From the NCBI GenBank assembly GCA_963834915.1, contig CAWIDI010000003.1, positions 259,174 through 323,173 on the forward strand: 64,000 nucleotides of DNA, written 5' to 3'. The DNA is from an uncultured Chloroflexia bacterium (GTDB lineage: Bacteria > Chloroflexota > Limnocylindria > Limnocylindrales > CSP1-4). The notes under the pieces are model-generated. The model searched no databases, was not told where the DNA came from, and saw nothing but the letters and a program-made list of their open reading frames with translations. The position numbers and the translations under genes are program-made. Shown here piece by piece: positions 1-10,003 of the stretch. How positions within the stretch are numbered: the first letter of the stretch is position 1; every line of letters starts with the position of its first letter.

Positions 1-2
1 GC

Positions 3-629
3 TATGACACCGCGAAGATCAAGGAGACGCCCACCAGCAGCAAGGCCCTCTGGGACCCGCGCTGGGCCAAGCACATCGGGATGCTCGACGACTACCAGGA
101 GGTCTTCGGCCTGGCCCTGATCCAGCTGGGCTACGACGCCAACACGTCGGACCTGGGCCAGCTCGACGAGGCGCTGGCGCTGCTGGAGCAGCAGAAGCCG
201 CTCGTCCGCGAGTACACGACCAATACCCGCCAGATGATGGCCAGCGGCAACAACTGGATCGGCCAGATCTGGGGCGCGGACATCTACACGATCCAGGAGT
301 CCAACGAGAACGTCCTGTACTACATCCCGGAAGAGGGCGGCGTGAAGGGCTCGGACACGATGGCGATCTTCTCCGGGGCACAGCACCCGATCGCCGCCCA
401 CCTGTTCATCAACCACATGCTCGACGCGCACGTCAGCGCCGACAACACCAACTTCATCTACTACATGGGGCCGAATGCCGCGGCGAAGGAGTTCATCGAC
501 CCGGCGATCCTCGCCGATCCGAGCGTCAACCCGGACCAGGCGATCGTCGCGAAGCTGCAGGAGCTGATCGACCTCGGCCCGGATCTGCGGGATCAGTACC
601 AGCAGCGCTGGCACCAGCTTGGCCGTTGA
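3..629 (+). CDS. potD: Spermidine/putrescine ABC transporter substrate-binding protein (5'-truncated by window edge)
   Basis: Frame open from base 3. MLDDYQEVFGLALIQLGY, YYIPEEG and AHLFINHML motifs are typical of PotD/PotF; two PotB/C-like permeases follow. Confidence 0.85.
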   Translation, partial: YDTAKIKETPTSSKALWDPRWAKHIGMLDDYQEVFGLALIQLGYDANTSDLGQLDEALALLEQQKPLVREYTTNTRQMMASGNNWIGQIWGADIYTIQESNENVLYYIPEEGGVKGSDTMAIFSGAQHPIAAHLFINHMLDAHVSADNTNFIYYMGPNAAAKEFIDPAILADPSVNPDQAIVAKLQELIDLGPDLRDQYQQRWHQLGR

Positions 630-1563
630 GCCCCCGGGCGACGACCTGACGGTCCCGGGGCCCGCCGGCGGCGGCGAGGTCGCCGGCGGGGAAGTCGCCG
701 CCGGCAAGGCCCCGCTGGGCAACCGGATCGCCTCCGCGCTCCTCCTGGTGCCAGGGCTCGCCTGGCTGTTCATCTTCTTCGTCGTGCCGCTGGCGATGAT
801 CTTCGTCGTCAGCTTCGGGTCGAGGGGCCCGCACGACACCATCTCGCTCGACCCGCTCTCGCTCGACAACTACCGCCGGGCATTCGACCCGGCGTTCCTG
901 CCGACCTTCCTGAACTCGCTGCGCTACGCGGCCGCGACGACCATCCTGTCGCTCGCGATCGGCTACCCCGTGGCGTACTGGATCAGCCGCTATGGCGGGC
1001 GCAACAAGACGCTGCTGCTGGTCATCGTGATGCTCCCGTTCTGGACAAGCTACCTCATCCGGACCTACGCCTGGCAGATCGTCCTGCGCGACAACGGGGT
1101 CATCAACTCGATCCTCATGGGCCTGGGCATCACGAGCGAGCCGCTCATCCTGCTGAACACGGACTTCTCGGTGATCCTGGGCATGACCTACGGGTTCCTG
1201 CCGTTCGCGATCCTGCCGCTCTACGTCTCGATCGACCGGCTTGACCCGGCGCTCGTGGCGGCGGCCCGCGACCTGTACGCGAGCGGCCGGTCCGCGTTCC
1301 TGCACGTCACCCTGCCGCTGACGATGCCGGGCATCATCGCGGCGAGCATCCTGACGTTCATCCCGGCCATCGGCGACTTCGTGACGCCCGACCTGCTGGG
1401 CGGCTCCGAGACCACGACCATCGCCAAGGTCGTGCAGGAGCTCTTCCTCCAGGGACGCGACTGGCCGTACGGGGCGGCACTCGGCTTCCTGCTGATGCTG
1501 ATCACGCTGGGTGGCACGCTGCTCGCGATCGGGCCGCTGCGGCGCGAGGTCGCCGGCGTATGA
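619..1563 (+). CDS. potB: Polyamine ABC transporter permease
   Basis: Multi-TM protein with MLPFWTSYLIRTYAW, an EAA-like loop (AAARDLYAS) and DWPYGAA. Confidence 0.88.
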   Translation: MAVEPPGDDLTVPGPAGGGEVAGGEVAAGKAPLGNRIASALLLVPGLAWLFIFFVVPLAMIFVVSFGSRGPHDTISLDPLSLDNYRRAFDPAFLPTFLNSLRYAAATTILSLAIGYPVAYWISRYGGRNKTLLLVIVMLPFWTSYLIRTYAWQIVLRDNGVINSILMGLGITSEPLILLNTDFSVILGMTYGFLPFAILPLYVSIDRLDPALVAAARDLYASGRSAFLHVTLPLTMPGIIAASILTFIPAIGDFVTPDLLGGSETTTIAKVVQELFLQGRDWPYGAALGFLLMLITLGGTLLAIGPLRREVAGV

Positions 1564-1573
1564 GCGCGTTCCG

Positions 1574-2398
1574 ATGAAGCCGCGCAACCGCTGGCTGTCC
1601 GCCTACGCCGTGATCGTCTACTGCTTCCTGTTCGCCCCGATCGTGGTCCTGATCATGTTCTCGTTCAACACGTCGCGGCTCAACTTCCAGTGGGAGGGCT
1701 TCACCCTCGACTGGTACCCGACGCTGTTCCAGAACCGGCGGCTGCTGGATGCCGTGTCGGTCACGCTGCGGCTCGCGTTCGTGGCGGTCATCGCCTCGAC
1801 CGCCATCGGGACGCTCCTGGGCCTGGCCCTCGCGCGGGTGCGGTTCCGCGGCCGCGCCGCCGCGGAGACGCTGCTGCTGGTGCCGATGGTGACCCCCGAG
1901 ATCATCATGGGCCTGAGCCTGCTGGTCTTCTTCTTCCAGTTCTTCGGCGCACGCGGGTCGTTCGCGCAGCTGGCGCTCGCCCACATCACCTTCTGCATCA
2001 GCTATGTCGCGATCGTCGTGCGCGCCCGCGCCGCCGGCATGAACCCGCAGCTCGAGGAAGCGGCACGCGACCTCGGCGCCTCCGCGTTCGGGGCCTTCCG
2101 CTACGTCACGCTGCCGTTGATCCGGCCGGCGATCGTGTCCGGGGCGCTGCTCGCGTTCGCGCTCTCGTTCGACGACTACGTCGTGACGACGTTCAATGCC
2201 GGCGTCGGGTCATCCACGCTCCCGCTGTTCATCTACGGCAAGGTCAAGTTCGGGGTGACCCCGGAGATCAACGCGATCTCGACGATCATCGTGGCCGTGA
2301 CCGCGGTCGCCGTCCTGGTCGCCTGGCGCCTCAACCGACGACGCGACGACGTGGCCGCCGTGGTCCCCGAGCCGGAGGCGGAGCCACTCGGCGGCTGA
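1574..2398 (+). CDS. potC: Polyamine ABC transporter permease
   Basis: FLFAPIVVLIMFSFN, LEEAARDLGA, FALSFDD and TPEINA motifs. Start reassigned to ATG 1574. Confidence 0.88.
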   Translation: MKPRNRWLSAYAVIVYCFLFAPIVVLIMFSFNTSRLNFQWEGFTLDWYPTLFQNRRLLDAVSVTLRLAFVAVIASTAIGTLLGLALARVRFRGRAAAETLLLVPMVTPEIIMGLSLLVFFFQFFGARGSFAQLALAHITFCISYVAIVVRARAAGMNPQLEEAARDLGASAFGAFRYVTLPLIRPAIVSGALLAFALSFDDYVVTTFNAGVGSSTLPLFIYGKVKFGVTPEINAISTIIVAVTAVAVLVAWRLNRRRDDVAAVVPEPEAEPLGG

Positions 2399-2424
2399 CA
2401 CCGGGCCTCGACTACCATCCGCGG

Positions 2425-3618
2425 ATGGACGCCACCTCCGCGCCCATCCTGGAGATCGGGCTCATCCTCCTGGCCGCGGTCGTGGGCGGCTGGGTCGCCC
2501 GGCGGCTCGGGCTGCCGGCGATCGTCGGATACCTGGCGGTCGGCCTCGGGTTCTCGCCGTTCACCCCGGGCTATGTCGCGGACCACACCCAGCTCGAGCT
2601 GCTCGCCGACGTCGGGGTCGTCCTGCTCCTCTTCGAGGTCGGCATCGAGGTCGATATCGCCCGGCTGTGGCGCGACCACGGTCCCCTGCTCTGGGCGGCG
2701 CCGCTGCAGGTCGTGCTCTCGATGGCGATCGCGGGCGTCGTGCTGTACGCGACCGGCCTCGAGCCGACGACCGCGGCCCTGGTGGGCCTATGCGTGGCGC
2801 TCTCCTCGTCGGTCGTCATCGTCAACATCACCGTCAGCCGGCGGCGCACGACGGACCGGCCGACCGAGATCGCGCTGATCGGCTGGAGCGTGATGCAGGA
2901 CCTGGTCGGCGTCGCGATGGCCGCGATCCTGCTTGCGCTGATCTCGCCCACCGGCACGTCCATCGCGGTGACGCTGGCCGGGGTCGCGGCGTTCGGGGCC
3001 ACGATCGTGATCGTGGCCCGGATCGTGCCGATCGTCCTTCGCCGGCTGCGCGACGAGCACGACCTGTTCCTGATCACCTCGGTCGCGACCGGGCTGACGC
3101 TCGCCGGGCTGGGCGCCGTGGTCTTCGGCGTGCCGCTCGCGCTGGCGGCCTTCGTGAGCGGTCTGGCCGTCACCGAGAGCCGCGACGCGGCCGAGGCCCG
3201 CCGCCGGCTGCTGCCGTTCCGGGATGTCTTCGCGGTGCTGTTCTTCGTCGCGATCGGCACGCTCGTCGATCCGGGCCGGCTCATGGAGGGGCTGCCGTGG
3301 CTCGGGCTCCTGCTGCTGCTCATCCTGGTCGCCAAGGTCGGCGTGGCCTGGGCCCTGACCCGGCTCTCCGGGTTGAAGGTCCGGCCGATCCAGCTGGCGG
3401 TCGGCCTCGGCCAGATGGGCGAGTTCAGCTTCGTGCTGGCCTCGTCGGCCGTCGCCGCGGGCGCCATCGAGGCGGTCCTCTACGTGGAGATCATCGCCGC
3501 GGTCGCGGTGAGCATCGCCATCAGCTCGGTCGTGGTCCGGTACGTGCCGCCGGGCGCCCGTCGTGAGCCGCCGGCGGTCCCGCCGACCGTGCCGGCCGTA
3601 CCGGCCGCGGCGGCGTAG
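2425..3618 (+). CDS. Cation:proton antiporter, CPA2 family (no C-terminal TrkA domain)
   Basis: About 12 TM helices; [21 protein letters not shown] and [10 protein letters not shown] motifs. Start ATG 2425. Confidence 0.85.
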   Translation: MDATSAPILEIGLILLAAVVGGWVARRLGLPAIVGYLAVGLGFSPFTPGYVADHTQLELLADVGVVLLLFEVGIEVDIARLWRDHGPLLWAAPLQVVLSMAIAGVVLYATGLEPTTAALVGLCVALSSSVVIVNITVSRRRTTDRPTEIALIGWSVMQDLVGVAMAAILLALISPTGTSIAVTLAGVAAFGATIVIVARIVPIVLRRLRDEHDLFLITSVATGLTLAGLGAVVFGVPLALAAFVSGLAVTESRDAAEARRRLLPFRDVFAVLFFVAIGTLVDPGRLMEGLPWLGLLLLLILVAKVGVAWALTRLSGLKVRPIQLAVGLGQMGEFSFVLASSAVAAGAIEAVLYVEIIAAVAVSIAISSVVVRYVPPGARREPPAVPPTVPAVPAAAA

Positions 3619-3622
3619 CCGG

Positions 3623-4498
3623 ATGTCGGTCGGGATCTTCCGGGTCGCGTTGCCTGACGGCACGGCTCGCCTCGCTCGGGGCACCACGGATGGCGGGCCG
3701 GCCAGGCTCCTGGACCGAGACCTGACCGTGGCCCGCCTCCTTGCCGGGGATGCGTCGCGGTTCCGCGAGGCCTGCGCCGGGGCCATCGACCCCGACGGCT
3801 CCATCCCGGCCGGCACCCGCATCCTGGCCCCGGTCGACACGCAGGAGGTCTGGGCCGCGGGCGTCACCTACCGCCGCAGCCGCGACGCCCGCAAGGACGA
3901 ATCGACCAGTGCCGACGTCTACGACCGCGTCTACGTCGCCGAGCGGCCGGAGCTGTTCTTCAAGGCACCCGCGTGGCGCGTCTCGGGTCCGGGTGCAGCG
4001 GTCGGGGTTCGGGCCGACTCGAGCTGGGACGTCCCGGAGCCGGAGCTCGGGCTGGTCGTCGCCGAGGACGGGACGCTCGCGGGCTTCGTGATCGGCAACG
4101 ACATGTCGTCGCGGAGCATCGAGGGCGACAACCCGCTCTACCTCCCCCAGGCGAAGATGTACGACGGGGCGTGCGCCCTCGGTCCGTGCCTCGTTCCGGC
4201 TGGCGCCGTGGCGGCACCGTTCGGGATCAAGCTCACCATCGAACGCGGCGGCGAGACCGCGGTGACCGCGTCGACCTCCACCTCCGAGATCACACGTCCG
4301 TTCGCGACGCTGATCGATCACCTGACGAGGGCGCTGACGATCCCCGACGGCGCGGTGCTGCTGACCGGGACCGGCATCGTCCCGCCGACCGACTTCACGC
4401 TCGCGGCCGGCGACGTCATCCATGTCGCCATCGACGGGCTCGGCGAGCTCGTGAACCCGGTCGTCGTCGTGGGCCGTGACCCGAGGAGGAGCACATGA
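3623..4498 (+). CDS. Fumarylacetoacetate hydrolase family protein (2-keto-3-deoxy-pentonate dehydratase-like)
   Basis: [42 protein letters not shown] and LLTGTG motifs. Confidence 0.85.
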   Translation: MSVGIFRVALPDGTARLARGTTDGGPARLLDRDLTVARLLAGDASRFREACAGAIDPDGSIPAGTRILAPVDTQEVWAAGVTYRRSRDARKDESTSADVYDRVYVAERPELFFKAPAWRVSGPGAAVGVRADSSWDVPEPELGLVVAEDGTLAGFVIGNDMSSRSIEGDNPLYLPQAKMYDGACALGPCLVPAGAVAAPFGIKLTIERGGETAVTASTSTSEITRPFATLIDHLTRALTIPDGAVLLTGTGIVPPTDFTLAAGDVIHVAIDGLGELVNPVVVVGRDPRRST

Positions 4499-4926
4499 TC
4501 CGAGGCAAGCTGATCCATCCGGAGATCCTCGCGGCCCTGGCGGCCGCCGGGCACGGCTCCACCGTGCTGATCACCGACGGGAACTTCCCGCACGCCACGG
4601 CGCCATCGATCGAGGCGCCGCGCGTCTACCTCAACCTCAGTCAGGGGCTCCTGACGGTGTCGCAGGTGCTCGACGTGCTCGTCGAAGCGATCCCCATCGA
4701 ACGCGCCGCGCTGATGGATCCGCAGGACCCGGCCGAACCGACACCGCCGGCGCACGCCGACCTGCTCGGCCGACTGCCGGCCGGCATCGAAGTCGATCGC
4801 TTTAGACGCATGGACTTCTACCCTGCGACGAACACCGACGACCTCGCGCTGGTCATCGCGACCGGCGACATGCGCTTCTACGCGAACGTGCTGCTGACCA
4901 TCGGAGTCGTCGGCACCGGAACGTGA
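4495..4926 (+). CDS. RbsD/FucU family sugar mutarotase/pyranase
   Basis: [18 protein letters not shown] and [11 protein letters not shown] motifs; ATGA overlap with the upstream gene. Confidence 0.85.
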   Translation: MIRGKLIHPEILAALAAAGHGSTVLITDGNFPHATAPSIEAPRVYLNLSQGLLTVSQVLDVLVEAIPIERAALMDPQDPAEPTPPAHADLLGRLPAGIEVDRFRRMDFYPATNTDDLALVIATGDMRFYANVLLTIGVVGTGT

Positions 4927-5777
4927 TGCCCGTGGAGGTCCGTCACCATGCCGACGTCGAGTCGTTCCTCGCCGTGGCCGGCGACTTCCTCGGCGCGCGC
5001 GAGGCGGAGCACAACCTGATCTTCGGCATCGCCGCCAGCCTCCGCGAGGCGCCCGAGCAGTACACCGACGCCCCGTTCCTCGCGACCGTCGAGGCCGGCG
5101 GCGCCGTCGTGGCGGCGGCGATCCAGACGCCGCCGTTCCGCCTGATCCTGTCCGAGATCGACGACCCGGCGGCCATCGCGGCGCTCGCCGCCGACACGCT
5201 CGACCGGGATCTGCCGGGCGTCCTCGGCCCGGTCGGGATCGTCGAGGCGTTCGTCGCGGCCAGGACCGCTGCCGGGGGTCCCACCGCCACACCAGGCCTG
5301 TCCGAGCGGATCCTCGGTCTGACGGCCGTCCGGCCGCCGAGGCACGTCTCCGGGGCGTCCCGACTCGCGTCTCCGGCCGACCGCGACCTCATCCGGTCGT
5401 GGCTGGACGGCTTCATGCACGACGCGTTCGGGGAGGCGGATCCCGCGGAGGTGGCGTCGATGACCGACCGCTGGATCGCGGGGCGCGGCCGCACCCTCCA
5501 CCTCTGGGAGGATGGCGACCCGGTCTCGCTGTGCGGGATCGGCGGCCCCACGCCCGACGGCATCCGGATCGGCCCGGTCTACACGCCGCCCGCGTCGCGC
5601 GGTCGCGGGTATGCCAGCGCCCTGGTGGCCGCGGTGAGCCAGGCGGCGCTCGACAGCGGCCGGCGATTCTGCTTCCTGTTCACGGACGCGGCGAACGCGA
5701 CCTCGAACCACATCTATGAGGAGCTCGGCTACGAGCACGTCCGCGATGTCCGGATCTACGAGTTCGACCGGCGCTGA
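4923..5777 (+). CDS. GNAT family N-acetyltransferase
   Basis: C-terminal VYTPPASRGRGYA acetyl-CoA motif and NATSNHIYEELGY. Confidence 0.85.
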   Translation: MMPVEVRHHADVESFLAVAGDFLGAREAEHNLIFGIAASLREAPEQYTDAPFLATVEAGGAVVAAAIQTPPFRLILSEIDDPAAIAALAADTLDRDLPGVLGPVGIVEAFVAARTAAGGPTATPGLSERILGLTAVRPPRHVSGASRLASPADRDLIRSWLDGFMHDAFGEADPAEVASMTDRWIAGRGRTLHLWEDGDPVSLCGIGGPTPDGIRIGPVYTPPASRGRGYASALVAAVSQAALDSGRRFCFLFTDAANATSNHIYEELGYEHVRDVRIYEFDRR

Positions 5778-5801
5778 CCGCCTGATGGCGCCGGCTGGCG
5801 G

Positions 5802-7106
5802 TCAGCCGCCCGGCGCGGCCGCCCTGGCGCGGGCACCCAACCGGTCGCGCGCCGGCTCGCCGTCGCTTGCGCCCTCGGCAGGGACATCCGCCGTCGGGCG
5901 CGCGATCCGCGTCGACCAGGCCGACTCGCCCGCGTAGCGGTCGGCGACCATCTGGTCGAACGCGTGGACCGACGCCTCGGCGTTCGTGAACCGTCCCACG
6001 ACCCACGACGACGAGCCCGTCCCGCGCTGCTGCAGCTCGCAGACGTGCCAGTCCTGGCGGTTGGTGAGGTCCCAGAACGCGACCGCATCTGACGGGTCGA
6101 AGCCGGGTGCCGCGATCGTTGCGGGCTCGAACAGCCAGTCGCACACGACCAACGTCCGGTCCGGACCCTGGGGCACGAGCCGGTGGACCAGCAGGTAGTC
6201 CGGGTGGATCGAGACGAAGGCCATCGGCCACAGGACGTAGTAGTAGACGCGGCGCTCGTCGACCGCGGTGATGCCGCGCATCGAGGGACGGCCGTTCGCC
6301 GACCCGTTCGCCGACCCGTGCCCCGCGCCGCCGGCGGACCCATCACCCAGCGACATCGTCTCGGCCGAGTCGACCAGCTCCATCCAGCCGCCCTGCCACG
6401 CGCCGTCGGGGTCGAAGTCGCCGCCGAGGTCGTACGGGGTCAGCTTGTTGAGCTGCGGGTGGACGCCCGGGCAGTGGTAGCACTCGCTGTAGTTCTCGGC
6501 CACGAACTTCCAGTTGGCGGCGACGTCGTACTCGACCCGCTTCGCGGAGCGAAGCGCGCCGAAGTCGAAGCGGTCGAGGTGCGTGACGAGGTCGCCCAGC
6601 TGCGCGGCCAGCGGCCGAGCCTCCGGGTCGAGGTTGAGGAACACGAAGCCCTGCCACGTCTCCAGTCGGACCGGCGCGAGCCCGAACGCGTCCAGGCTGA
6701 AGTCCTCGAGGTCGTCGGTGTGCTTGGCCCGGATCAGCGACCCGTCGAGGTCGTAGATCCAGGCGTGGTACGGGCACTGGAAGCGGACGACCTTGCCGCA
6801 GGCATCCTCGGCGACCGGGGTCCCGCGGTGCCGGCAGACGTTGAAGAACGCACGCAACGTCCCATCCCGCCCGCGGGCCACGATGATGCTCTCGCCCTCG
6901 AGCTCGACGAGGGTGTAGGTCCCCGGCTCGGGCGCGTCCTCATCGCGGGCGACCATGATCCAATCGCGGCGCAGGATGTTCGCCCGCTCCCACTCGAGGA
7001 TGGCGGGGTCGTGGTAGGCGCGCTTCGGCAGCAGCGAGGCCGCGCGGTACTCGCGGCGGATGCTGGCGAGCTCGTCAGTGGTGATCGGCGCCGTGGCGCC
7101 GGGCAT
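5802..7106 (-). CDS. Rieske non-heme iron oxygenase alpha subunit (betaine/choline/carnitine oxygenase-like)
   Basis: Rieske CRHRG...CPYHAW and mononuclear Fe site NWKFVAENYSECYHCPGVH. Start reassigned to ATG 7106. Confidence 0.88.
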   Translation of the reverse strand: MPGATAPITTDELASIRREYRAASLLPKRAYHDPAILEWERANILRRDWIMVARDEDAPEPGTYTLVELEGESIIVARGRDGTLRAFFNVCRHRGTPVAEDACGKVVRFQCPYHAWIYDLDGSLIRAKHTDDLEDFSLDAFGLAPVRLETWQGFVFLNLDPEARPLAAQLGDLVTHLDRFDFGALRSAKRVEYDVAANWKFVAENYSECYHCPGVHPQLNKLTPYDLGGDFDPDGAWQGGWMELVDSAETMSLGDGSAGGAGHGSANGSANGRPSMRGITAVDERRVYYYVLWPMAFVSIHPDYLLVHRLVPQGPDRTLVVCDWLFEPATIAAPGFDPSDAVAFWDLTNRQDWHVCELQQRGTGSSSWVVGRFTNAEASVHAFDQMVADRYAGESAWSTRIARPTADVPAEGASDGEPARDRLGARARAAAPGG

Positions 7107-7225
7107 GGGGGTCAAGTGCGGTCCTCCAGGGCAGGGTCGGGCCAGCGCGGCCCGCGCGAACGGCCCGTCAGGGCCGGATGGGACGAGGTGCGGTTCGAGA
7201 CCGGATCCGGGTCCGGTCCGAGAGG

Positions 7226-8398
7226 TCAGCCCAGTGGGACCGCCTTCTTCGGATCCAGGAACGGGATGGCCGCGGTCCGGGCAGGCCAGCGCCCGCCGTC
7301 GGGCGCTTCGATCTCGAGCGGGTTTCCCGGACCGGAGAGACCGATGGGCACCCACACGTAGCCGATGTTCTTGTTCAGCCGCGGCGACCAGATCAGGTCG
7401 GTGACGGTCCCGACCGGCTCGCCGTCGTGACGGGCCACGCACTTGCGCGACAGCTCGAACGGGAGCGCCTCGCCGTCGACCTCGATGCCGACGAGCTTGC
7501 GGTCGACGCCCTTGACGCGGATCTCCTCGAGCGCTGCCTTGCCGATGTAGTCGGCGTCCTGGACCTCGACGAGGCGCTCGAGCCCCATCACGTGGAAGGG
7601 CGTGTCGTTGATCGTGATATCCGAGCCGTAGTTGAAGATGCCGGCCTCGATGCGGCGCGCCTCGCACGGCGCGATCGGGCGGATCTTGTGCGGCTTGCCG
7701 GCCTCCATGACGCGGTCCCAGAGGTCGCCGCCGCGCGACGGGTCGCGCAGGTAGATCTCATAGCCGACCTCGCCGGTCCAGCCCGTCCGGCTGATGACCA
7801 CGGGGATGCCGTCGACCTCGGTGGTCAGCGTCCAGTAGTACTTGATGTCGTCGATCTGCGGCCCGAAGACGGTCCGCATCGTGTCCTTGGACTTCGGTCC
7901 CTGGACCTGGATCGGGTAGACCTCGGGCTCGCGGACCGTGACGTCCAGCCCGCTATGGATCGCGACGCCGCGCGCCCACAGCCCCGCGTCCGAGTCGGCC
8001 AGCGCCATCCACCAGCGGTTCTCCTCGATCCGCAGCAGGACGGGGTCGTTGACGATCCCGCCGTCCTCGGCGGTCACGATCATGTACTTGCCCTGCCCGA
8101 CGGCGCACTTGGTCAGGTCGCGCGAGGTCAGCGAGTTCGTGAACGCCGACGCGTCCGACCCGGTGATCTCGACGATGCGCTCGACCGAGACGTCCCAGAC
8201 CGTCACGTCGTTGAGCAGCGCCCAGTACTCCTCGACCGGGTCCGCGTAGTAGCCCGGGAGGTACATGTGGTTGTAGATGTCGTATGCGCTGCAACCCGCG
8301 GCCAGGGTCTTCTCGAAGAACGGCGAACGCCGGTACCACGGGCCGAAATAGAGCGTGGACGCGGCCGTCGTGGCGGGTTCGGTCACGGGGCTGGACAT
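7226..8398 (-). CDS. GcvT-family THF-dependent methyltransferase, DmdA-like
   Basis: YNHMYLP, VWDVSVER, NDPV, ALADSD, VQGP and SRTGWTGEVGYEIY motifs. Confidence 0.8.
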   Translation of the reverse strand: MSSPVTEPATTAASTLYFGPWYRRSPFFEKTLAAGCSAYDIYNHMYLPGYYADPVEEYWALLNDVTVWDVSVERIVEITGSDASAFTNSLTSRDLTKCAVGQGKYMIVTAEDGGIVNDPVLLRIEENRWWMALADSDAGLWARGVAIHSGLDVTVREPEVYPIQVQGPKSKDTMRTVFGPQIDDIKYYWTLTTEVDGIPVVISRTGWTGEVGYEIYLRDPSRGGDLWDRVMEAGKPHKIRPIAPCEARRIEAGIFNYGSDITINDTPFHVMGLERLVEVQDADYIGKAALEEIRVKGVDRKLVGIEVDGEALPFELSRKCVARHDGEPVGTVTDLIWSPRLNKNIGYVWVPIGLSGPGNPLEIEAPDGGRWPARTAAIPFLDPKKAVPLG

Positions 8399-8495
8399 CG
8401 AGCGAGGACCTCCTGACTGGGTCCCGAGATGGTCGGCCAAGGGATTTCTATTGCCTCTCGCGTTCCATCAGGCGGACCACGTGGCGGTCAGGTGC

Positions 8496-8989
8496 TCACC
8501 TGCCCGAACAGGCTCGGCCAACCGGGTGATCGAGCACGCCCGACATCAGGATCCCGAACGCGCCCTGGTACTCCATCGGCTCCTCGAATCGTGGCGCTCG
8601 ATGACGGTGGCCCGTCGTCCGACGAACGGTAATGCCGAGAGACGACCGGGTCGGTAGGTCTGGATGACGCGCCCCAGCCGGACGGCACCTGGACCGAGGA
8701 TGTCGACGAACAACGCGTCCGTCCGAGACCGCTGGGAGTCCGCGAAATACCCGTCGTAGACAAGCGCGCCGTGAGAACCTTCGTTGATCCGCCGCTCAAG
8801 GTCCTGACGCGCTCCGATCAGGCTCACCGGGATCGACGGGCCTTCGTAGCGGTACAGGTCGAACCGTTCCCTGTCGTCGGGCATCACGATCGCCAAGGTG
8901 CAGAGCGCGCCACCGTGTTCGATCGAGCCGATCGCGTGGGCGAGCGCGAACCCGGCCGTGCGAAGCGCCGATGCGACGTCCGTCCCCAT
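8496..8989 (-). CDS. Hypothetical protein, probably frameshifted near 8597
   Basis: ORF 8546-8989. A protein-like continuation (PRFEEPMEYQGAFGILMSGVLDHP) runs in another frame to TGA at 8496. Confidence 0.5.
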
Positions 8990-9039
8990 GACGGCGAAGT
9001 ATGCGCGGCCGAATTGAGGATCCTGGGCCCGGATCCCGT

Positions 9040-9102
9040 CAGATGGTCATGAGGCGGTCGTTCGTCACGTCGTTGGCGGCAGATGACCATGAGGTGGTCG
9101 TT
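9040..9102. repeat. Pair of imperfect 23-bp direct repeats, 40-bp period
   Basis: CAGATGGTCATGAGGCGGTCGTT (9040-9062) and CAGATGACCATGAGGTGGTCGTT (9080-9102), 3 mismatches, intergenic. Confidence 0.7.
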
Positions 9103-9254
9103 TGGCCACGACCGAGTCTGCCGTCGTGCGTGGACGAGCGTGGAGTCGGCCGCCACGCCTGACGGACTCGGGACGAAGGACCGCCTGAGGGACATCTGGC
9201 ATGAGCGGGGGGTCAGACGGGCACGGCCGCGACCTGTTGCGCACCGGCCGCCGT

Positions 9255-9869
9255 TCAGCCGACCCAGAGCGACCCGGCGTCCAGCCCCAGCTCTCCCTCC
9301 GCCGCGCCCGTCGTCCAGCGGATCACGTCGTCGCGGGAGATCGTCGTCCCGTGCGCGACGACCTGGAGCGCGAGCCCGTCGAGCAGCGACAGGATCCGCC
9401 ACGCCGCGCCGGCGGGGTCCGCGCATCGGAAGGCGCCGCTCGCCACGCCCCCGCGGATCGTCCGCTCGAGCAGCGCCTGCCACTCCAGGTTCAGCCGCCT
9501 CGACGTCGCCTGGATCGCCGGCCGGCGTGCCGCCTCGGCCCAGGCATCGAGCCACAGCTGGAACGCCCAGTCCTTGTCGGCCGGCGTGTAGGTCCGGAAG
9601 AAGACCCGCAGGCCCTCGACCGGGTCGGCCGCCTCCCCCATCAGCCGTGCCGAGACCTCGAGGTCCTGCCGCGCGACCTGCTCGAACGCGGCCGCCAGCA
9701 CGTCGTCCATCGAGTCGAAGTAGTGGTGGATCAGCCCGCTGGAGGTGCCCATCACCGCGGCCACGTCGCGGACCGTCGTCGACGCCAATCCCTTCACGAC
9801 CGCCACCTCCAGCGCCGCCGTCACGATCGCCTCGCGACGCTGCTCGGGCGGCATCCGGGTGGCACGCAT
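9255..9869 (-). CDS. TetR family regulator, BetI-like
   Basis: N-terminal HTH TTVRDVAAVMGTSSGLIHHYF; BetI-type C-terminus (LWLDAWAEA, LLDGLALQ). Confidence 0.88.
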   Translation of the reverse strand: MRATRMPPEQRREAIVTAALEVAVVKGLASTTVRDVAAVMGTSSGLIHHYFDSMDDVLAAAFEQVARQDLEVSARLMGEAADPVEGLRVFFRTYTPADKDWAFQLWLDAWAEAARRPAIQATSRRLNLEWQALLERTIRGGVASGAFRCADPAGAAWRILSLLDGLALQVVAHGTTISRDDVIRWTTGAAEGELGLDAGSLWVG

Positions 9870-9890
9870 GACGCGCAGCGTAGGACGATA

Positions 9891-9906
9891 TTGCGCGTGC
9901 GTCCAA
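9891..9906. promoter_or_regulatory. Candidate TetR operator
   Basis: Imperfect palindrome TTGCGCGTGCGTCCAA in the divergent tetR/gcvT-like intergenic region. Confidence 0.35.
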
Positions 9907-10003
9907 CACGGGATATCGTGCCCGGACGACCGGCACGCATCGTCGTGCCCGGGCCGCGCACGCGACGCGACCGCACCACCCGAGGCAAGAGGGCCAGCAC
10001 GGC

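Noticed and set aside
8400-8495. Glycine riboswitch before the gcvT-like gene
   Set aside because: Conserved GGAGA, CCGAAG and CUCUCAGG elements were not found.
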